DNA of 64,000 nucleotides from Sulfurimonadaceae bacterium (GTDB taxonomy: Bacteria > Campylobacterota > Campylobacteria > Campylobacterales > Sulfurimonadaceae): positions 17,368 through 81,367 of the forward strand of contig JBFEXS010000002.1 of assembly GCA_041562555.1 (NCBI GenBank), written 5' to 3'. A program made the position numbers and the translations under genes. Under the pieces are notes generated by a model, which made no database searches, was not told the origin of the DNA, and saw nothing but the letters and a program-made list of their open reading frames with translations. Shown in pieces: positions 39,789 through 51,353 of the stretch (the first letter of the stretch is position 1; every line of letters begins with the position of its first letter).

Positions 39789-41195
39789 TTATAATTGGGT
39801 AGGAATGAAAAGTTGGTGATATTCACCAAGTCGGTGATACAATTTTTCACTATCTGTTGAGAAAAGTGAGTACAAAGGCAGATCCAAGATCTTTTCCGTG
39901 AATGGAAGACAGTATAAAAAGTTCTCTTTTTCACGTAAAAAACGAATAGGATTCTTCTCTTGTGAATTGATTTTGATCGATTTGGAAAAGATGATCGACA
40001 GGTTTTCATAATGCTCGATGATACGCTCTTTTTCATCGGTCTTTTCCTGGGTAAATTCAAAAAGCTCAAGATTAAAAGAGAGTTGTGCGGAGATGTCAAA
40101 AACCGTCGTGGAAATCTTTTCCAGATCTCTGTTTTCCGTCAGGACGACTACAGACTCCTTGAGTTTGGAGAAAGGCTTATTAGACAGCTTCAATACCGGC
40201 ACCCTGCTTTCATGCAGGGTCTCTCGCATCTGTGTAATACCAAACAGTGTTGATGAGAGCATGACAAGGCCGATATCCATCTTTTTAATATCATTTAATA
40301 TAATATCCTTATAGCCCCGAGTAGTGTAATCAACGTCAATAATAATATCATCACTTCGATGAGACTTTATCTTTGTCAGGGTCTCAATATCACTGGCATT
40401 GACAACACGGATATAGAGTTTATCACCGATATTTCTATGAATATATTTTGAACGTTTGATCAATTTTGGCAGCGTCTTGACATTCTCTTTGGCCATATCG
40501 ATATACAGGTACAAGTTACTTCCATACGGAGCAGGAAACTGACCCAACTCACGCTTGATCGCCCGATATACGGTCTTCAGTACGGAAGGTTCTCCGACCA
40601 GGACAAGCAGGTCATTGGGCTGGATCATCCGCTTGGCGGTAGGAAGAATAAGACGCTGATTTCGGTAGATGGCCACGATCTTCCAGTTCTTCTGTTCAAG
40701 GGCACCGATATGTCTATATACGAAGGAGCTTCCAAAGGGAACAGAGACCTCCATGATCTCACCCTCTCCCATTCCGACGTTTTGTGCGATCACCGGTACA
40801 TTCGGTAGATAATCAATCAAACGGGATGAGAGTAACTCATTGGTATTGACGACAACAATATTCTGATCATCAAATTTAAGACCCCACCGATCAAGGGTGA
40901 CAATACGCAGCTGGCTTTTCACCGCACGAATGTTTTTAATACTAAGTTCAACATCCGTAGCATGCTTCATAACGATTAGCACTTGGATGAATTCCATCTT
41001 CAACAGATTAGAGAGTTTATGAAAGGAAGTCGGATCAAATTGGTAGAACTTAAACTGGGCCTGTTTGGCATTTTCTATCTCAAGCTTGTCCATGGATACG
41101 ACATAATAGATATTTTCACTGGTATAGGTATCAGCCACACGCTCAACAAAGTGTCTGCCGACATTTCCATCCGTTAAGATCAATATCTTTTTCAT
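39789..41195 (-). CDS. RCK/TrkA-C domain-containing protein
   Basis: Rossmann-like start (KILILTDGNVG), GEIMEVSVPFGS..YR and IVAIYRN...IQPNDLLVLVG (TrkA-C). Confidence 0.8.
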   Translation of the reverse strand: MKKILILTDGNVGRHFVERVADTYTSENIYYVVSMDKLEIENAKQAQFKFYQFDPTSFHKLSNLLKMEFIQVLIVMKHATDVELSIKNIRAVKSQLRIVTLDRWGLKFDDQNIVVVNTNELLSSRLIDYLPNVPVIAQNVGMGEGEIMEVSVPFGSSFVYRHIGALEQKNWKIVAIYRNQRLILPTAKRMIQPNDLLVLVGEPSVLKTVYRAIKRELGQFPAPYGSNLYLYIDMAKENVKTLPKLIKRSKYIHRNIGDKLYIRVVNASDIETLTKIKSHRSDDIIIDVDYTTRGYKDIILNDIKKMDIGLVMLSSTLFGITQMRETLHESRVPVLKLSNKPFSKLKESVVVLTENRDLEKISTTVFDISAQLSFNLELFEFTQEKTDEKERIIEHYENLSIIFSKSIKINSQEKNPIRFLREKENFLYCLPFTEKILDLPLYSLFSTDSEKLYHRLGEYHQLFIPTQL

Positions 41196-41228
41196 CTCTA
41201 TCCTGTTTTATTAGTTAAGTGATTGTAG

Positions 41229-42404
<1,176 letters not shown>

Positions 42405-42422
42405 TCAATTAAAGGAGAGATC

Positions 42423-43223
42423 ATGATCACCAACGAAAAAAAGATACACCTGGGTGTCAATATCGACCATATTGCTGTCTTAAGAGAGGCTCGCCGCATC
42501 AATGATCCTGATCCTGTCGATGCGCTGGGAATCTGTAAACGTGCCGGGGCAGACCAGATCACCATTCATCTGCGCGAAGACCGCCGCCATATCAATGACC
42601 TGGATGCACAGAAGATCATGTTTAATTCTGCACTACCTGTCAACCTGGAATGTTCCATAGACCCGGACATTATCGATATCGTCTGCCAACTTAAACCCCA
42701 CCGCGCGACCCTTGTCCCGGAAAAACGCGAAGAAGTCACAACTGAAGGCGGTCTGGACATACTGGGGCAACGCAAACAGATTCAAAAAGCCATTGAGCAA
42801 CTTAAGGCCCATGAAATAGATGTTTCCCTCTTCATCGATCCAAATGAAGAAGTGATCGAGTTCTCTTCCCAGCTTGACATTGATATGGTCGAACTTCATA
42901 CCGGCAGCTATGCCAACATCTATGCCATGCTTAATACACCCCTTGCAACGACACACCATAGTATCAAAGAGCTTGAACGTCCCCGTTCCGAACTCAAGAA
43001 GATGCTCCATGATGCTATCGAACAGATCAAAGATGCGGCTTATCTTGCGCACCAGAAAGGTCTGATGGTAGCAGCAGGACATGGTCTGAACTATCAAAAC
43101 GTACAGGCCATGTGTGATATCGGAGTTATTCAAGAGCTCAATATCGGTCAAAGTATCATAGCCCGTTCCGTCTTTACCGGGCTGGAGCAAGCTATTATCG
43201 ATATGAAAGAGCTGATCCAATGA
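42423..43223 (+). CDS. pdxJ: pyridoxine 5'-phosphate synthase
   Basis: LGVNIDH, HLREDRRHI, LVPEKREEVTTEGGLD, ELHTG, AGHGL. Confidence 0.97.
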   Translation: MITNEKKIHLGVNIDHIAVLREARRINDPDPVDALGICKRAGADQITIHLREDRRHINDLDAQKIMFNSALPVNLECSIDPDIIDIVCQLKPHRATLVPEKREEVTTEGGLDILGQRKQIQKAIEQLKAHEIDVSLFIDPNEEVIEFSSQLDIDMVELHTGSYANIYAMLNTPLATTHHSIKELERPRSELKKMLHDAIEQIKDAAYLAHQKGLMVAAGHGLNYQNVQAMCDIGVIQELNIGQSIIARSVFTGLEQAIIDMKELIQ

Positions 43224-44149
43224 GCAGACCCGTCATTGCAGTAAGTGTCGGTGACCTAAATGGTATTGGCATTGAGATTCTACTCAGAGCTCACGAAGAG
43301 ATCAACAAGATTGCCCGTCCAGTCTACTGTATCTCCGAGTCAATGCTCTCTCAGGCAGCACAAAAGCTTAAGCTTTCTGTTCCCAAAGAGATAGAACTCT
43401 TTCCGGTACGGGGAGATTTTGATATACATCCTGCAAAGATCAGCAGCAAAAGCGGTCTATATAGTTACAACTCATTCAAAAAGGCTATCAAACTGTGTGA
43501 AAAAGGGATCGCGGATGCCTTGGTGACCCTTCCAATACATAAAGAAGCTTGGTTTAAAGCAGGTGTTGACTACAAGGGCCATACCGACATGCTTAGAGAC
43601 TATTTTGACAAAGATGCTATTATGATGCTTGGCTGCGAAGAACTTTACGTCGCCTTATACACAGAGCATACCCCGTTAAAGTCTGTTGCGAAACAGATCA
43701 AAACAAAAAAGATCCTCCGCTTCCTTCTGGATCTCTCTAAAGACATCAAAGCTGAAAAGATTGCTGTTTTGGGGCTTAATCCCCACGCCGGTGATGGAGG
43801 CGTATTGGGTAATGAAGAGACAGAAATAAGCCATGCTGTCCAAAAAGCCAATCAGCAACTCGACAAAGAGCTTTTTATTGGACCAATGGTTCCCGACACC
43901 GCCTTCACCGCACGGATGCGCAAAGAATTCAAACATTATGTTGCCATGTACCATGACCAGGGGCTTATTCCCCTAAAAGCCCTCTATTTTGAAGAGAGTA
44001 TCAACATCTCCCTCAATCTTCCGATCATACGTACATCTGTCGATCATGGTACCGCTTTTGATATTGCCTATAATGATAAGAATCCTTCAACTATTTCTTA
44101 TCTCAATGCCGTCAAGGCTGCTATAACACAATCCAATCAGCGCCCATAA
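43220..44149 (+). CDS. pdxA: 4-hydroxythreonine-4-phosphate dehydrogenase
   Basis: GDLNGIG, GHTD, GLNPHAGD, AMYHDQG, RTSVDHGTAFDIA. Confidence 0.97.
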   Translation: MSRPVIAVSVGDLNGIGIEILLRAHEEINKIARPVYCISESMLSQAAQKLKLSVPKEIELFPVRGDFDIHPAKISSKSGLYSYNSFKKAIKLCEKGIADALVTLPIHKEAWFKAGVDYKGHTDMLRDYFDKDAIMMLGCEELYVALYTEHTPLKSVAKQIKTKKILRFLLDLSKDIKAEKIAVLGLNPHAGDGGVLGNEETEISHAVQKANQQLDKELFIGPMVPDTAFTARMRKEFKHYVAMYHDQGLIPLKALYFEESINISLNLPIIRTSVDHGTAFDIAYNDKNPSTISYLNAVKAAITQSNQRP

Positions 44150-44254
44150 TAGTCCTCTTAAACTAAAAAGTCAAAAATTTATTTTACTTATATTATATTT
44201 TTGGGTATTATTATTATGTAAACATAATATTCAAAGTGTGACAGGACTGTGCGG

Positions 44255-45976
44255 ATGACGGATGATTTTCTTTTTCAAGACGAAGAATCAATTACTCCGG
44301 ACAGTCAAAAAAAGCCCTGGAAGGTACTCATCGTCGATGACGATATCGGTGTACATGAGGTCACCATACTTGCACTAAAGAACCTATACGTAGATGACAG
44401 ACCTTTGTCTTTTACCTCTGTTTATTCTGCGAAAGAGGCAAAGAGCCTGTTGTCCGAAGACGACAGTTTTGCCGTTGCCCTCATTGATGTGGTAATGGAA
44501 ACTGCCAATGCCGGTCTTGAGCTCACACAATATATCCGTCAGGAGCTTCTTAATCCACATCTTCGCATCATAATTCGTACCGGTCAGGCCGGTCAAGCTC
44601 CCGAAAAGTTTGTGATCGATCATTATGACATCAATGATTATAAAGACAAGACAGAGCTTAATGCAGATAAGTTATACAGTTCTGTCAAAATAGCGATCAA
44701 CAACTTTTCCAGTCTTTTTCAGGTCAATACAGAAAAAGAAGCACTCTATAAAGAGATAATCCATCACCCTTTGACCAACCTCTATAATCAACACAAGCTT
44801 CATAACGACCTCATGGAGTTGACAGATGTAACCATAGTGCTGCTGAACGTAGACAGGTTCTCTCATATCAATGATCTGTATGGATATGCCCAGGGAAACT
44901 ACATCATTGAAGAGATCGGAAAGACACTCAAACTGCTCGAAGGCAAGGGAAACAAACTCTATCACATCGGTATCGATGAGTTCTTATTGCTTACACAAAA
45001 GAGCACTCCGATGGAGATTGACGAGACTGTTGCACTGATTCAAAATAAATTCCAAAACTCCAGTTTCACCCATGAAGATATCGATTTTAATATTACCTTT
45101 ACTATCGGTATTGTTGAAAATGAAACCGAGAATCTCTTCAATAAGGCTGATCTTGCGGTCAAAGAAGCCCGTCTTATCAGTTCTAACCGCGTGCAACGCT
45201 ATCATGAGAACATGAGTGTCATCCGTGATATACAAAACAATGTTACATGGTTTAAAGAGATCAAACATGCGTTGAAAGAAGATCGTATCGTCCCGTTTTT
45301 TCAACCGATCTATAATAACAACACTAAAAAAATTGAGAAATATGAATGTCTGGTACGTATGATCAAAGATGATGAAGTCATTCCTCCCGCCACCTTTTTA
45401 AAAGTTGCGGAAGAGACAGGGATACTTGTTCAAATCACACGTACCATGCTGGAAAAAAGTGCTAAGGTGTTCGCAGACAACAACTTCGTCTTTTCCATCA
45501 ATATCACTCCCCATGACTTACAAGACGGGAACTTTTCCTCCTATGTCAGTTCTATTCTTGAGACCTACGATATAGAGCCTTCGCGTATTATCTTTGAAGT
45601 GTTGGAAAACAACTCTCTGGATACTGTTCTTAACAGTCGAGAGAACATCAAACAGCTTCATGAACTTGGGTGCGGTATCGCTTTGGATGACTTTGGTGCC
45701 CAATGCCAAAACTTTGCCAACATCATCAATCTGCAACTTAATTCTATTAAAATTGATGGTTCTTTTATCAAAAATGTCCAAGATGAGATGTACCGCAAGA
45801 TGGTCGACAGTATTGTCTATTTTGCCAATAATGTCGGTATCGATCTTGTAGCCGAATTTGTCTGTAACGAAGAAATATACACCATAGTAAATGAGCTCGG
45901 CATCAAATACTCCCAGGGGTATTTTATCTCTGAACCTCTGCCACATCTTAGTGAAAAGGAGGACCCTTTATCATGA
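44255..45976 (+). CDS. REC-GGDEF-EAL response regulator, probable c-di-GMP phosphodiesterase
   Basis: VLIVDDD, IDVVME, RTGQAGQAPE receiver; GIDEF A-site; FQPI, YECLVR, ALDDFG, IKIDG, VAEFV, SQGY. Confidence 0.9.
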   Translation: MTDDFLFQDEESITPDSQKKPWKVLIVDDDIGVHEVTILALKNLYVDDRPLSFTSVYSAKEAKSLLSEDDSFAVALIDVVMETANAGLELTQYIRQELLNPHLRIIIRTGQAGQAPEKFVIDHYDINDYKDKTELNADKLYSSVKIAINNFSSLFQVNTEKEALYKEIIHHPLTNLYNQHKLHNDLMELTDVTIVLLNVDRFSHINDLYGYAQGNYIIEEIGKTLKLLEGKGNKLYHIGIDEFLLLTQKSTPMEIDETVALIQNKFQNSSFTHEDIDFNITFTIGIVENETENLFNKADLAVKEARLISSNRVQRYHENMSVIRDIQNNVTWFKEIKHALKEDRIVPFFQPIYNNNTKKIEKYECLVRMIKDDEVIPPATFLKVAEETGILVQITRTMLEKSAKVFADNNFVFSINITPHDLQDGNFSSYVSSILETYDIEPSRIIFEVLENNSLDTVLNSRENIKQLHELGCGIALDDFGAQCQNFANIINLQLNSIKIDGSFIKNVQDEMYRKMVDSIVYFANNVGIDLVAEFVCNEEIYTIVNELGIKYSQGYFISEPLPHLSEKEDPLS

Positions 45977-46476
45977 GGAAATCACTTCTTTTCATAAGTA
46001 TCATCCTATTAAGCACCAAGCTTCTGGCTGTTTCAGAGACGCAGATCAAGGCTGTGTTTTTAGAGAAGTTCACCCATCTTATCGAATGGCCGAAAAGTGA
46101 CAAGTCCTACTTCTCCGTATGTATACTCAATGATGATGATTTTGCAGAAATCCTGGAAAAAGTCTATATTGATAAAACCTATCATGACAGACCGGTCAAA
46201 ATTCTGCGTGTTTCTGATTTATCCAAGATACCTCAGTGTGATCTTCTTTTTATCGGGAAAAATACGAAAAATGTCTCTTCTATTACCGACAAGTACACAT
46301 CTTCTGCCCTATTGACAGTAAGTGACAACAAGCAGTTTCTCAATAAGAATGTTATGATCACCTTCTATTTACGGGACAAGCGTTTTAAATATATCATCAA
46401 CAACAAGGCTGCCAAAGATGCCAATATCAAGATCAGCTATCTGTTGCTGAAATCTGCCGAAGAGGTGATACAATGA
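45973..46476 (+). CDS. YfiR-family periplasmic protein
   Basis: signal peptide, QIKAVFLEKFTHLIEWP, C..C pair, LTVSD, INNKAAKDANIKISYLLLK; ATGA overlaps on both sides. Confidence 0.88.
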   Translation: MRKSLLFISIILLSTKLLAVSETQIKAVFLEKFTHLIEWPKSDKSYFSVCILNDDDFAEILEKVYIDKTYHDRPVKILRVSDLSKIPQCDLLFIGKNTKNVSSITDKYTSSALLTVSDNKQFLNKNVMITFYLRDKRFKYIINNKAAKDANIKISYLLLKSAEEVIQ

Positions 46477-48083
46477 ACCGCTTCTCTGATTTTTCGATCA
46501 AATACAAACTTATTCTATCCGTTGTCAATCTTTTGGTCCTGGCCCTTGGTGCCTATGTCTTCTTTACTCTTTTTGTAAACTATCAGCGCAACACTTCTGC
46601 TTTGCTGAGTGAATCAAAACTACAATCACAGCTTATTGCCGATTACGCTGTCACACCCCTTCTTTTTTCCGATCTTTCCGGCGCGAACGAAGTACTTAAC
46701 AAATTGGAGAGTATCCCCAATATCAACGCAGCTGCTCTCTATAATGAATCTGGAAAACTTTTCTCAACCTATACAAAAGACAATTATGAGACCACATTTG
46801 CACAGACCTTGACCAAATTCACCGACAGTGATCAGGTCATTGAAGATGAGATTGTCCTAGCGACACCCGTCACCTATAACGGTCAGACCTACGGAGCTAT
46901 TATTTTTTACGTCTCGACCAAAGAGATCCCTAAACAGTTATTATCCTACGCGCTTTTACTCTTGGCCGGAATGGTCATATTGGTTTTTCTTTCTCTGATC
47001 ATCATTTACAAGATCCAAAACTATATCTCGATGCCAATTATCAATCTGGCGAAGACCGCGCAGGAGATCTCTTTGAGCGAAGACTATACCATTCGTGCGA
47101 AGAAGATGTACAATGATGAAGTCGGACATCTATATGACGACTTCAACTCAATGCTTGGCAAGATCGAGCAGCGTGGGCGTGAACGGGATGAAGCTGAAAC
47201 CATATCGCGTACCTATCAAGCTCACCTCGAACGCCTGACAAATGAGCTTGAAGAACGGGTTAAAGAACGAACAGCGGAACTGCAAGAGAGTTTGGAACGT
47301 CTACAAAGTGCCCAATCCCAACTTGTAGAGTCAGAAAAGATGTCAGCCTTAGGAAACCTAGTAGCAGGCGTTGCCCATGAGGTTAACACACCCCTTGGTA
47401 TCTCTATTACTGCAGCCTCGATCTTTAAAAATGAGATCAAGACTGTTCAGACCATGCTTGCGGAAAACAAACTCTCCAAATCAGCCTTGGAGCACTTTAT
47501 CGAGACCATTTCCGAAGCCGATGAGATCCTTATCAAGAACCTCGATCGTGCTGCTTTACTGGTCCGTAACTTCAAAAAAATCTCGGTGGACCAGAGTAGT
47601 GAAGAGATCCGTGATTTTGAACTTAACGATTATCTTCAAGAAGTACTCAGCACCTTCAAAAATGAGCTTAAACACAGACCGGTTGAACTTAAACTCAAAC
47701 TTGACAGCGAACCAATCCATATGTACTCCTATCCGGGTGCCATCTCACAAATCGTAGTCAATATGCTTCAAAATGCACTCCTGCATGGATTTGACTATGA
47801 CCAGGAAGGCGAAATCGTCCTTGAGACACAGCACCATGATGAAGGTGTAACGATTATCTTCTCCGATAACGGCAAAGGCGTAGATGAAAGTGTCAAACAT
47901 AAAATCTTTGAACCGTTTATCACGACAAAAAGAAATAAAGGTGGAACCGGTCTCGGACTTAATATCACCTATAACCTTATCACCCAACATCTAGGCGGGA
48001 CGATCCGACTTGATACGGATTATGAGGAAGGAGCACGTTTTATCATGACCCTTCCGGCCAGAATTGATAAGAATAATGGCTGA
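46473..48083 (+). CDS. HAMP sensor histidine kinase
   Basis: two TM helices, HAMP (DEVGHLYDDFNSML), AGVAHEVNTP H-box, NALLHG, DNGKG, IFEPFITTK, GTGLGL. Confidence 0.95.
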   Translation: MNRFSDFSIKYKLILSVVNLLVLALGAYVFFTLFVNYQRNTSALLSESKLQSQLIADYAVTPLLFSDLSGANEVLNKLESIPNINAAALYNESGKLFSTYTKDNYETTFAQTLTKFTDSDQVIEDEIVLATPVTYNGQTYGAIIFYVSTKEIPKQLLSYALLLLAGMVILVFLSLIIIYKIQNYISMPIINLAKTAQEISLSEDYTIRAKKMYNDEVGHLYDDFNSMLGKIEQRGRERDEAETISRTYQAHLERLTNELEERVKERTAELQESLERLQSAQSQLVESEKMSALGNLVAGVAHEVNTPLGISITAASIFKNEIKTVQTMLAENKLSKSALEHFIETISEADEILIKNLDRAALLVRNFKKISVDQSSEEIRDFELNDYLQEVLSTFKNELKHRPVELKLKLDSEPIHMYSYPGAISQIVVNMLQNALLHGFDYDQEGEIVLETQHHDEGVTIIFSDNGKGVDESVKHKIFEPFITTKRNKGGTGLGLNITYNLITQHLGGTIRLDTDYEEGARFIMTLPARIDKNNG

Positions 48084-48152
48084 GACACGTTCTCTCACAT
48101 TATTTTTACACATTCAAATTTTATTCTTTAACTCTCAATTTAAGGAGTAAAC

Positions 48153-49547
48153 ATGACGAAAAGCATTGTAATTTTATCTTCCATATTTCTATTGGCCAAT
48201 GCAGCCACTATCAATTTTAAAGAGGCACCCAAGGTCGAAGAAAGAACCTTAGCCTTCGAAAAGAATACGATCCTCTCGTATTCCGAAGTCTTACAAAACA
48301 CCACCCCTTCGATTGTGCATATTTCCAGTTCTAAAAAAGTCCGCCAAAACATCCATATGCAAGAGTTTTTGGAGGAGTTCTTCGGCAGACGCATGCCACC
48401 ATCCCAACAAGCCCCCCAAAAACGTAGTCTGGGACTGGGTTCGGGTGTCATTATCAGCAGCGACGGATATATCGTAACGAACAATCACGTCATTGACAAC
48501 GCCGACACTATCACGGTCACGCTTCCAGGTAAAAATACAGAGTATGATGCAAAACTGATCGGGAGTGATCCAAAAAGTGATCTCGCCGTCATCAAAGTCG
48601 AAGCAGACGAACCCCTTAAAGCGATAACTATCGGGAACTCTTCCAACCTGAAAGTGGGTGATGTGGTCTTCGCTATCGGCAATCCATTTGGCGTCGGACA
48701 GAGTGTCACAAGCGGTATAATCTCAGCACAGCATAAAAATGGCATCGGTCTCAATGAATATGAAAACTTTATCCAGACCGACGCTTCGATCAACCCCGGA
48801 AACTCCGGCGGCGCACTGGTAGACAGCCGCGGTGTACTCATCGGGATCAATTCTGCCATTCTCTCCCGCAGTGGAGGAAACAACGGTATTGGATTTGCCA
48901 TAGAAGTCAACCTTATGAAACACGTTGTCCAAAAACTCATTGAAGATGGGAAAGTGACCCGCGGATATATGGGCGTGCAGATCTCTGATATCAACGCAAA
49001 ACTGAAATCTTTATACAAAAGTGAGACAGGTGCTGTACTGATCGATGTCAATGAGAACACTCCCGCACAGAAAGCCGGACTGCAGCGAGGAGACCTTATC
49101 ACAAAAGTCGATGGACATGACATCAAAAATGCAAGTGATCTCAAAAACCGTGTCGGACTGCTTTCACCGGACAAGAAAATCGAAGTTGAATATGAACGCA
49201 ATCAGAAGCTCTATACAACACATCTGGTCCTACAGACCCAGGAGAGCATCCAGGCTTCTGTCAATGAATCCCTATTGGGCGGATTGAGTCTCAAGGCTCT
49301 TGATGACAATCTTCGCTATCAATATCGTATCCCTTCACATATACAAGGCCTGCTGGTAACCAAGGTCAGCAATGAGGGTGAAGCACAAATTCAAGGTATT
49401 CAGCCAGGTGATATTATCATTCAGGTCGAAGGGTATACGGTGAAATCTGTTGATGAGTTAAAAACAATACTCAAAAAACATGAGGGCAGTTATAAACGTG
49501 TCTATATCAACCGAAATGGCAATATCTTCATGGTAGCGCTGAAATAA
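48153..49547 (+). CDS. htrA: HtrA/DegP serine protease with two PDZ domains
   Basis: signal peptide, GSGVII, TNNHV, SDLAV, INPGNSGG. Confidence 0.96.
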   Translation: MTKSIVILSSIFLLANAATINFKEAPKVEERTLAFEKNTILSYSEVLQNTTPSIVHISSSKKVRQNIHMQEFLEEFFGRRMPPSQQAPQKRSLGLGSGVIISSDGYIVTNNHVIDNADTITVTLPGKNTEYDAKLIGSDPKSDLAVIKVEADEPLKAITIGNSSNLKVGDVVFAIGNPFGVGQSVTSGIISAQHKNGIGLNEYENFIQTDASINPGNSGGALVDSRGVLIGINSAILSRSGGNNGIGFAIEVNLMKHVVQKLIEDGKVTRGYMGVQISDINAKLKSLYKSETGAVLIDVNENTPAQKAGLQRGDLITKVDGHDIKNASDLKNRVGLLSPDKKIEVEYERNQKLYTTHLVLQTQESIQASVNESLLGGLSLKALDDNLRYQYRIPSHIQGLLVTKVSNEGEAQIQGIQPGDIIIQVEGYTVKSVDELKTILKKHEGSYKRVYINRNGNIFMVALK

Positions 49548-49553
49548 GCGCTC

Positions 49554-50714
49554 CTAGGAGAGACGTTCTTTATAATCCTTGTATCCGAATGTGCGTACAA
49601 CTTTAAGCTCTTTCTCCTGCGTCCAAAGTGCAAGGCTGGGAAGTTTTATCCCATTGAAGGTCGTGTTTTTTACAAAAGTATAATGGATCTGATCTTCAAA
49701 AATGATCTTGTCCCCGATATTAAGAGGCCTGTCAAAAGAGTAATCCCCCATTACATCCCCGGCCAGACAGGTGTTGCCACCTAATTTATAGGTATATGCT
49801 TTCTTGTTAGCCTCTGCAGCACCTCTCACCTGAGCCCGGTAAGGCATGGCCAGAGTATCCGGCATATGTGCTTCTGCCGATGTATCCAATATTGCGATCT
49901 TCATCCCGTTATCAACAATATCCAAGACACTTGAAACCAATACCCCGGTCTCCCATCCAACAGCTTCACCCGGTTCAAGATAGACCTGTACAGCATGCTC
50001 TGAGCAAAAAGCTTTGATCACCTCGATCAGTCTGGATACATCATAACCCTTTTTGGTAATGTGGTGTCCTCCACCAAAATTGACATATTTCACTCTGGGA
50101 ATGAAGTTTCCGAACTTGGATTCAAAAGCTTTCAACACCCCTTCAAGGGCACCGACATCCTGTTCACACAAGGCATGAAAATTCAACCCGTCCAGATCTT
50201 CGAAGAAATCCCCCTCATAGGACTCGATGGCCTTTAGAAGATTCGCTTGTGTCGTACCTAGACGGCTGAACAGTCCACAAGGATTATACAGGTCAACCGG
50301 AGATTCGGAATACTCCGGGTTCAGGCGTAAAGAGAGTGAGATATCCGGATTAATGGCTTTTACCCTATCTTTAAACCGGAGATACTGTGCGGGCGAATTA
50401 AAAACGATGTCATCAGAGATAGCTGCGATTTCATCTATCTCCTCCTCTTTAAAAGCAGGAGAATACGTATGCACTTCCTTGTTCATCATTTCCCTAGCCA
50501 GTTTCGCCTCATGCAGACCGCTGGCAGTACATCCATGCAGATATTTCCCTACCAGATCAAAGGTAGCATGCATAGCGAACCCTTTGAGTGCCAGGATGAC
50601 TTTTGCTCCCGACTCCCTTTGGACCCGATCCAATATATGAAGATTGGCTTCAAGTCTTTCCAACTCACAAATATACATTGGTGTATGCGTGACATGATCA
50701 AAGTCTATACTCAT
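49554..50714 (-). CDS. nspC: carboxy(nor)spermidine decarboxylase
   Basis: LALKGF, YNPC...SRLG, FHALCEQ, GGGHHIT, EPGEA, HMPD, NTCLAGD, VKNTTFNG. Confidence 0.95.
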   Translation of the reverse strand: MSIDFDHVTHTPMYICELERLEANLHILDRVQRESGAKVILALKGFAMHATFDLVGKYLHGCTASGLHEAKLAREMMNKEVHTYSPAFKEEEIDEIAAISDDIVFNSPAQYLRFKDRVKAINPDISLSLRLNPEYSESPVDLYNPCGLFSRLGTTQANLLKAIESYEGDFFEDLDGLNFHALCEQDVGALEGVLKAFESKFGNFIPRVKYVNFGGGHHITKKGYDVSRLIEVIKAFCSEHAVQVYLEPGEAVGWETGVLVSSVLDIVDNGMKIAILDTSAEAHMPDTLAMPYRAQVRGAAEANKKAYTYKLGGNTCLAGDVMGDYSFDRPLNIGDKIIFEDQIHYTFVKNTTFNGIKLPSLALWTQEKELKVVRTFGYKDYKERLS

Positions 50715-51353
50715 CTATATTCTCCTAAAAATAAAAAGGTCTTTACCCACACGTTCAAATTCGGCCTGCCATTGTTTTGCCAACCACTGCATCGTCTCTA
50801 TCGAAAAAAAACAGACATGGGTCGGGTCATTTTTATAATACCATGAGGCAAATGCGTCTTGGGACGGGTACGGTTGTGTAAGTAGGGCCAAAAGTCCTTT
50901 GTTCTCTACCATAGACCAGAGTTTGTCCATAACTCCTTTTGGATCATACAGATGTTCTATGACTTCAGTAGAGGTAATAAAATCATAGCTTTTCTTTAAT
51001 ACTTCTTCATCTCTTGCATAAAAATGATCATAGATACACATTGTATGCCCCTGCTCTTCAAACATCTTGGAGAGGGTCGGTCCAGGTCCTGAACCAAAGT
51101 CCAGACCGGCAGCCTCATCGTCAATACGTTCGAGTACCGGATCTAAGACCTTGCGAAGATATTGACGGTACCCGGGATCATCCGGTGAATTTGTATGTAA
51201 ATCATATCGCTCTTTTTCATCCGCCTCAGCCAATCGAAACTCTTCTAGGACAAAAACAAGTGAACAGTCGGAACACAGATGGTATTCACCCGTCTCATGT
51301 TCACAAAAAAGCGAGGTGTCTGTACAATGGCAAAGAGGACAGATACTACTCAA
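50715..51353 (-). CDS. class I SAM-dependent methyltransferase with N-terminal zinc finger
   Basis: CPLC...CSDC, LDFGSGPGP motif I, TEVIEH, WYYKNDPTH. Confidence 0.9.
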   Translation of the reverse strand: MSSICPLCHCTDTSLFCEHETGEYHLCSDCSLVFVLEEFRLAEADEKERYDLHTNSPDDPGYRQYLRKVLDPVLERIDDEAAGLDFGSGPGPTLSKMFEEQGHTMCIYDHFYARDEEVLKKSYDFITSTEVIEHLYDPKGVMDKLWSMVENKGLLALLTQPYPSQDAFASWYYKNDPTHVCFFSIETMQWLAKQWQAEFERVGKDLFIFRRI

